From Asterias rubens (taxonomy: Eukaryota): a DNA stretch of 64,000 nt. Location of the stretch: NCBI RefSeq assembly GCF_902459465.1, contig NC_047069.1:14880001-14944000 (forward strand), in the 5' to 3' direction. The notes beneath the pieces are model-generated. The model saw nothing but the letters and a program-made list of their open reading frames with translations, searched no databases and was not told the origin of the DNA. Numbering within the stretch: the stretch's first letter is position 1; each line of letters opens with the position of its first letter. Both the position numbers and the translations under genes were made by a program. Positions 51,784 to 59,760 of the stretch are shown piece by piece.

Positions 51784-52606
51784 CGGGTTATTCTAAAACC
51801 CCCTCGACCCCCTCGACCCCCACGACCCACGACCCCCTCGACCATCGACTTTTGTGCGATCTTTTTTTCTGTACACCGAAATTGCCACAGTTCACAACCT
51901 CAGCCAATCACGCACACAATGTTGTATGCTGACATCATGCTGACATCGACTACCATGCCTCGCACATCGCAACACAGCGTACGAGCCACGTAGTATGCAC
52001 GAAGCAAACTTCGCGTGATTGGCTGCCGAGATCGGGCCTGTGGCAATTATGATGTACAGATAAAAAAACGCGGCATTTCCACGTGTATCTCTTGGCCGAT
52101 CCGAGATTATTATCCCAAGTGGAAACCTGCGTTTACCGCCCGAGTACGATTTAATACGGCCAACTCATTACGTGATGATCAGGCAGACCCATTTCCGGCC
52201 GATCGCTCCCGTCCTGTGTACTATTACTACTAGTTGCTCTAAGCGGAGCGCAGAGCTCAAGGTTGTAGACCCGACCGACCGGCCACACGGACGTGTTTGG
52301 GGTCCCCAATCGGTGTGCACTTGTCGTGCATGCAGAAGCGGAGAGTAAAAACTCCCAATTCTGTGTGGCCGATGCAGATAAATATAACCGCAGTCTCAGA
52401 CTTGAGGTCAAGCCTAGTCGTGGAAGGAAGTTGCGTCACGGACGGATCACACACTATGATTTCTAAATCGGGGACTTAATTCTTACTCGGCCGTAAAGCG
52501 ACATTTTATGAATTCGGAATTGGGACATTCTTCGAACACGGGCGGACGTCGGAGGGTCGTGGGTCGTGGGGGTCGAGGGGGTCGAGGTTTTTTTTAGAAC
52601 AACCCC
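51784..52606. mobile_element. ~820-bp TIR element with G/C-tract termini
   Basis: GGGTTATTCTAAAACCCCCTCGACCCCCTCGACCCCCACGACCCACGACCC ... GGGTCGTGGGTCGTGGGGGTCGAGGGGGTCGAGG...TTAGAACAACCC. Confidence 0.75.
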
Positions 52607-52714
52607 CCAAACACACAGGCAACGGTTGTTAGAGCCGACGATAGAGGGTGCGTTTGTTTAGCTTCCCTGGGTCGACCCCGGTCTGCCCCCGTACGTTCAA
52701 ATAGCTTTGACGGG

Positions 52715-53222
52715 GCTCAACAGATTTAAAAAAACTGCAACGAGTTCAAAATTCAGCTGCTAGATTAGTCACATGCACTCGTCCACGACGTGATCACATA
52801 ACTCCCATCCTACAAAATCTTCATTTGCTACCTGTTCAAGCTAGAATTAAATTCAAAATTCTCCTTTTAACTTTTCAATGTTTGCAAGGCACAGCCCCGA
52901 TTTATCTCCAGGACCTAGTTCACAAATACATTCCTTCGACAAATTTGCGTTCTAAGTCAAAGTCTCTTCTTGTCATTTCCACCCGTTACAAAATCTTATG
53001 GTGCTCGCTCTTTCCAAGTAGCTGCAGCTGAACTGTGGAATGGCCTACCCGAGTCTGTCAAGGATGCTTCCACAGTTGACACATTCAAAAAACGCCTTAA
53101 AACTCATCTTTTCAACGCTTTTCAGTAACTTTCTTTGATGGTTCATTCTTCCTTTATTTTGTTTTCCTTAAAGCGCATAGGGACTTTGTTTTAATGATAT
53201 GCGCTATATAAACACGGTTGTT
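52715..53222 (+). mobile_element. L2-clade LINE 3' fragment (ORF2 C-terminus and 3' UTR), frameshifted
   Basis: LQRVQNSAARLVT..DHITPILQNLHLLPVQARIKFKILLLTF..APIYL / LWNGLPESVK..FKKRLKTHLF, stop at 53126-53128, tail GCGCTATATAAA. Confidence 0.9.
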
Positions 53223-53223
53223 T

Positions 53224-53525
53224 ATTAGCTGTTCCGACCGTCCGTCGGAACAGGTATTGTTTTCGTCAAGATTTTTATTGTTTTTATTATTAGCTGTTCC
53301 GATCCAGTCGGAACAGCTATTGTTTTCGTCGAGATTTTTATTATTAGCTGTTCCGACCGTCCGTCGGAACAGGTATTGTTTTCGTCTAGATTTTTATTGT
53401 TTTTATTAGCTGTTCCGACCGTCCGTCGGAACAGGTATTGTTTTCGTCTAGATTTTTATTGTTTTTATTATTATTAGCTGTTCCGACCGTCCGTCGGAAC
53501 AGGTATTGTTTTCGTCGAGATTTTT
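53224..53525. repeat. Five 54-68-bp tandem units each holding a 10-bp stem hairpin
   Basis: CTGTTCCGAC-CGTCC-GTCGGAACAG at 53229, 53348, 53410 and 53478, with a variant at 53294. Confidence 0.9.
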
Positions 53526-54420
53526 TTAACGTTTTAGAAACGTTTTTTTTTCAAAACGCCATAGGTTTAACTTACGACTTTTTTGTGGCAAGATAATCTT
53601 AGAAACGGTAGAAATGAAAGACTTGAGTTCTATATTAAATCGAAGCTTAGTACGTAACTTAGTTTTTCTACGTATGATTTTTAATCTCATAATCAATTAG
53701 CCGAGTTTTTAAAGATATGAATATTTAATTAGGCAATCTTGTTAACAGCATATCTCCCAAAATAAACGTCCGATTTTCAAAAATTCTTCATATATTGATT
53801 CTCTGGGTATTGAAGATGTGCAAAATGAAGTAATTTTATATCTCACGTCATCTTGTAATTGTTTTTATTAAATGTTTACAGTTATTATATAAGGAATAAA
53901 ATCGCAACATTTTGAGAAAGGAGTACAAAATAAATGTCACGAAAACTATTTTAGTCTCAGTTTTAGCATGGAGGTAGAAATGGCACATGGTTTTAGCAAA
54001 GCATGTAAAAACGTATTAAGCTCTGAGCATGGCGCGTCTTTGACCGGGCTCGTTTCAGGCGACGAGCGTAGACGACGAAAATAGACCGCCCGGGATTTGG
54101 AATTATTTACGGGTAAAGTCACCTTGTTCGCGCCGGGGACCATTTGCCTAAACTAATTCCAGTATTTCGCGTTACGTTCGGAAATTAGACCATGACAAAC
54201 AAAAACTCTTTGACAGGAATACAAAAGCAGAGATTTTATTATGCTGACGTTTCTCTGGTGGTTGAGTGGCTCAGTTTTATAGAGCTGCTTATAATAAACA
54301 GGCAAAACATTTTGCTTTACAAAATTGCAGAAATTGAGCAGAATACCTGGATTCACAACTTGAACATGAGGCATGGTTAAGCTGCTTTTTGTGTTTAAAA
54401 AGCTATTATGTAGTTTGGTC

Positions 54421-55801
54421 CTGGGCCAATGGCTTTTAAAGGAAAGAATCGCAGCGCTTACGTAATCAGGGAACTGTGCTTACGCTAAGCGTATTTTACA
54501 GCTTAGCCGGGAATGTGTTCTTCACATCACAATTCGCATCAAAAAATTTGCTACAGTTGACTAATTGTGCTCAACTCCTGCGAAACTTTCACTGCGAAAA
54601 CAGTGACTTAAAAATTTAAGTGTGCGACTAGTGTGCTTTAGTGTTAAAGTCGCGACTACAAATTATTATTTGAGTCGCGACTACTGTTTTTCTCTACTCC
54701 GTTATAATCGTGTCCACTCATCGACTACAAAATTTGTCCCGACTACCTGTTTGGTGAACCAGTTGTGTTGCTTACTACTATTCGCAACATAATTAATATT
54801 GCCCTTGCGGCATAGCGGCACAAATCTTGAGAATCCGTACTTTATCTCGACAAGTGTCATAGTTAGGTTTGAAGTGCGACTAGTCGAGTAGTAAATTTCA
54901 CTAGTCACACCCATTCGCAACATAATTAAAAATTTGTCCCGACTACCTGTTTGATGAACCAGTTGTGTTGCTTACTACTATTCGCAACATAATTAATATT
55001 GCCCTTGCGGCACATAGCGGTACAAATCTTGAGAATCTGTATTTTATCTCGACAAGTGTCGTAGGCAGGTTTGAGGTGCAACTAGTCGAGTAGTAAAATT
55101 CACTAGTCACCCATTGGCAACATAATTAATATTGCCTTTGCGGCACATAGCGGCACAAATCTTGAGAATCCGTATTTTATCTCGACAAGTGTCGTAGTTA
55201 GGTTTGAGGTTCGACTAGTCGAGTCATGATGGGAACTTGCTTAATGAAAAAGATTCAGTGCTCTGCAGAAGCATTGAATTCTGCGCTTACGTCAAGCGAA
55301 ATAGACTGCTTATAGCAGGGATTTCTTTTGTTTGTGTGCTTCCAAGTTCGCACATTATTTTCCAAGCTTGCACATCACAGTAAAGCGGAAAATGGTGATC
55401 GTAAGCGCAGACTTTGGTGGTCATGAGAACCATGTAATTTTGCCCTGTAAGTAGGTTTGGTAAGTAGGTTTGGTAAGGCCTACACTTCAAACATGTAAAG
55501 TCAAAAAAGATTGTTAGTACATGAGGGGAAATCTTGTGAAACTGGTCCAATTTGACTCTGCTTCACTGCGTAAGCAAAGAATTGACACATCAGAAGCGCG
55601 GATATTATCGCTTACATAAAGCATATTTCACAGCTTAGCAGGAATATTTTTGCTTGTGCGCGGGGAAACTTATCATTATGTAATCTTTGCTTTGAACTAA
55701 TTGCACAGATATTTCAGCGCCTGCACAGTAAGCGGAGAATGGTGGTTGTATAATAAATGGGCAGAGTTTGGTTGAAGCAGACAGAGCCATAAAACTGGGC
55801 C
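54421..55801. mobile_element. Nested family-D-like element with an internal ~200-bp tandem repeat
   Basis: CTGGGCCAATGGCT ... AGAGCCATAAAACTGGGCC. GCAACATAATTAATATTGCC units occur at ~54783, 54983 and 55116. Confidence 0.6.
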
Positions 55802-56129
55802 GTGTTCTATAGGGGAAATTATAGCTTGACATTTTATGACAGTTTTGGTCTCTGCGACGTACACATACAAATACAGAGTCAGACACAGACATTACGGTGC
55901 AGAAATCGTGCAATTGAAGTGTCTCATAAGAGCGCCCCCTATCGGCAGGAGTAGGAAAATAAAGGAGTATCCTACAAATTAATTATGTGTTTTTAAACAC
56001 GTAAAATAATATCAAATGGAAGCTTTAGGATGTTTAGCTTAATATCTATCATAAAACATATTAAAATTCTTTATTAATTAACCACCAGTGACCCTCATTA
56101 TCATATTAATTAGGAAATCTTTGCAGCAT

Positions 56130-56790
56130 CATATCTCAAGAACTTCACGGCCGACTTCAACTGTTGTTAAAGACTCCTTGGGGGTTGGAGATTAATTTGA
56201 AAAAACTGTGACCTCAAATTGACCTCTACTTCCGCGTCAACCGGAAGTGGGACCATATCTCAAGAACTATACAGCAGATTTTCAAAATATTTTCAGTTAT
56301 AAACTCCTTAGGCATAAAATATTAACTTTAAAAAACCGTGACCTCAAGTTGACCCCTACTTCCTGGTCAAACAGAAGTGGGACCATATCTCAAGAACTAT
56401 ACAACAGATTATCAATTTTGGTTCAGTTATAGACTCCTTGGGCATTCAAGATTAGTTGAACCAACTTTGACCCCATGTTGACCTTTACTTCCGGGTCAAC
56501 CGGAAGTGAGCCCATATCTAAAAAAAGTACAAAGCTAATGTTCAAACTTCAGTTATAGAGTCTTAGGCAATAAATAATTAGCTTTGGAAAACTGTGACCC
56601 CAAGTTGACCTCTACTTCTGGGTCAACCGGAAGTGGGACTATATATCAAGATCTACACAACCGATTTTATAGACTCCTTGGCATTGCAGATTAATCTTTG
56701 GTAGCTGTGGGCCCATGTTGACCTTTACTTACGGGTCAACCGGGAAGTAAGACCTTAAATAACAAGAGCTACACAACTTTTTTGAAACCT
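56130..56790. repeat. ~125-bp tandem repeat (about 5 units) inside the HINE
   Basis: Units ATATCTCAAGAACTA...GACTCCTTGGG...TTGACC...ACTTCCGGGTCAACCGGAAGT. Confidence 0.85.
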
Positions 56791-57339
56791 TCTTTCAGTT
56801 ATATATTCATTGGGCAATGAAGCACATAATCCAAGCAAAACAACAAGGAACAGCTTTGTGTTTGTTCACAAACACTTAATGTCTAGTTATTATTATTATT
56901 ATTAGCCCCCAGTGCCCTGCCTGTGGAGTGGGTCACTTGGTGGTGACCTGAGATGCATGCCGTCAACACGCGAGAGAGAGTGTGATCGTTCGATCCAGGG
57001 GAAGCTTATCGAATACACCCACCATAGGCCTATTTTGGGGTTGGACATTTTACTCCTTATTTATAGTTGCGGGACATTTTGACGTTTTTGTTTTTATCGG
57101 TCGTTTGTGATGCAACACACAGTCTACTTCAGCACTGCGCAACAGTGGCGCCCAATCACACTTGCAACGGTTGGTGAAATGATTGTCTCTGATTCTAAAT
57201 CCCCCCAAAACTTCAACAGTTGTTTCCATGTGTGTCGCATTTCAAACGACCGATAAATTGATAATTATACCGTTTTGCTTATATAGACTTCCAATGGTTT
57301 GTATTTTTATGATGCTAAAGCCTAAACTTTATGACTCAC

Positions 57340-57595
57340 CTTTCCAGAACAGCCGGTGATATCGAGCCCCACTATAGAAGCGCCTGGCTGACTCGAAGAA
57401 GGCATTTTTTAATTCAGATTGCAACTCATCATAGTTCAGATCTAGTTTTTCTTTGGCGAATGGTAGGTAGCGAATTTCCTGTGGAGCGTTAAGTGTTGCT
57501 TTCAAATTCACAGTGTCACTGTCATCACTTTCAACGGCACTTAGCAGATATGCCTTTACGTGAAGTTTTCTAACGGAGTTGAATTCATAAGCCAT
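57340..57595 (-). CDS. PB1-CaaX protein (p62/SQSTM1-type PB1 domain), coding exon 1
   Basis: accATGG start. LHVKAYLL...EIRYL...YDEL...LFWK resembles p62 LTVKAYLL...EIRRF...HYR. Phase-1 donor G|GTGAGT at 57339. Confidence 0.88.
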
Positions 57596-58429
57596 GGTAT
57601 GGTTGTTAAATGTTAGGCCTATAATGTTAAAATAATATCAAACTGCTCTTTTTCACGTTTTTCCAATGAAATTATTTTATCCAAACCGCGGTTTTATCCA
57701 ATTAACTCTAAAGGTTATGTAAAATCAATGCGGATAAAGACATGCATGAAGACAGGGGACCAGTGGGGAAATCCCCAAACACTTCCTCGATTTTATCTAC
57801 CGACCGAGGGCGCACTACAATCAGCGTAGGTTTTTATATTAAATAAAATATACATGGTAGGTATATACCCAATTTTTAGCAAAATGAATTTGCTAATGTG
57901 TACAAATTTGACCTTGCATATCAGAAAATGATCACCAAAAAAGTAAGCGTGTGCAATTTATGATTAGTTTTTACCGCTTGTCTTTGACTAGTACTAGTAG
58001 AACAATATTGTCTGGAAGGTCTCTGTCTGCACACAGTCCAGCTGAATCTTCCCTACCATAGCCTCTACATCATAAAAGCGCAGCGTCTTAACCTGCAGGT
58101 GACTTTGTTTTTAGAACTGCAATTAATATTTATCTGTTTTAAAACCAGTATCGGTAATGTTAATTGCTCCCTATTGTTGTCCTTTGTTATTTTGGCAAGA
58201 GAACCAGTGTCTACTTTTGTTTCAAGAATGAGGGCATGGTATAATTAATTTACTCACTTGGTTGAAAGAAAGAAAAATCTAGAAATTCGCAATTGGGTCA
58301 CACATCTAGTCAAACTGAGGTTTACCACTAGTCGGTGTGGTACCTCCACTACAACGTCCCATTTGCTATACATCCACTTATAAAAAGAACAGGTTGGAGA
58401 CTGTATACACAAGAAACATTTTGTCAAGC

Positions 58430-59075
58430 TTTAACTTTTTTTAATCATGTGCCTATTCCTCAGCAATGTTAACTGTATTGTAAGAATAAAATCATATGCA
58501 GTAAAGGACTTCAAATCTTATGAAAAATTATTGTCACTTTAATATTAATAACAATCCCATGAAGTTCTTTTACTGAGTTGTTCATTATACTAAATTACGA
58601 ATGGAACCAACAAGCTGGTATGGCAAGCAGTGTGATCGCCAGATAGAAGAACAATGACCAAATAGAAAAGAAAAAACCCAATCACTTTTATCAATTTGAC
58701 CAAGTTTGGCGCTTCAAAATCCAATGATTAACCCTTGGCTGATGTTGGCAATTTTCAGTCTTTTCAAAGTTCACTGAAAAGAAGAAATGCAGCCATCCTT
58801 CCAATGGTTGTTAGCATATTTATTTAGCTGTTTGGAGCAAAATATCATTCTAAACATTTTACTTGTTACAACCGCTAAAAAGAGAGTACAGAGCCCCAGC
58901 ATATAGTACGAATGATAACGACAGTTCGAAAAGGGAGTACAAGCCGCACTATTTTTTACAAGGCTGTTAAAATTAAATTGATTTTAATAGCCTTTTAGGA
59001 ATTAGTTATCCAAAAAATTCAAGAGTTATTGTTCCTTTAGAATGTTATGATTTTATTTCGACTATCACTCAGAAG
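58430..59075. repeat. Second copy of the 48545-49152 segment
   Basis: Same colinear blocks, with indels and substitutions throughout. Confidence 0.85.
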
Positions 59076-59091
59076 AAACCTTTATTAATAA

Positions 59092-59760
59092 GGGAATAAC
59101 AGTGTTCGTACCCGGTCTTCACTGCGTGGTAATGACCGGGTTGGTGGCTGGCGCTGTTAACGGACCGAGCCGGAGGCGAGGTCCGTTAACAGCGCCAGCC
59201 ACCAGCCAAGGTCATTACCACGCCGTGAAGACCGGGTACGAACACTGTTATTCCCATTAATAAATACCTTTTTTAGCGAATTAAACGGCTAAAATTGTCC
59301 AAATTTGATTGCATTCTAATAAAATGTTCAGTGTGCAAGAAACGCCTTCATATCTCATGGGTTACCTAACATCCATTTCAGACAGGCGCTCCAGTCGCGC
59401 CGAACCAAACTCTTAATTAATGAAAAGTTTGACGTCTGAAACAGGAGCGACTGGACGCGCTAGAAGTCGAAAGTTTGACTGTTGCAGTCGTTCGGAACGA
59501 CCCTGGAGTGCCTTGGTTTCAGACTGCGATCTTGTCATGAGCCGAGCCAATGTAAAGGTTATGTTAAATTCGCCTTACTGAAATAAAAAGGGGTTGGGTC
59601 GACCTAGAGCCGCTCTTAATCTATTTTTGATTCGGCACGGCATTGGCGCGCTTTTCAAAAAAGGGTGCAAATGAATTACAAATTTTAAACTACCTTTACT
59701 GGTGTTTACTATGCTTAATAATCATTTGCATTTTCTTCAGCATGAGCACAAACCTTTCGA
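59092..59760 (-). mobile_element. Helentron-like element with a 164-bp terminal hairpin; right boundary uncertain
   Basis: 75-bp arms at 59092-59166 and 59180-59255, directly followed by ATTAATAAATACC. Related to 1192-1801. Confidence 0.55.

Larger units (their letters stand above)
53224..56886 (+). mobile_element. Helentron-associated non-autonomous element (HINE/DINE-1-like) with nested insertions
   Basis: 5' AGCTGTTCC with an adjacent inverted copy, internal tandem repeats, a 3' subTIR GGAACAGCT (56847-56855), hairpin GTGTTTGT-TC-ACAAACAC (56858-56875), and CTAG followed by TT. Confidence 0.7.

Noticed and set aside
52825-53031. 68-aa ORF as a host gene
   Set aside because: It is the frameshifted C-terminus of L2 ORF2.
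53224-53525. CRISPR-like hairpin repeat array
   Set aside because: Inter-hairpin sequences are near-identical rather than spacers, and the unit is a transposon terminus.
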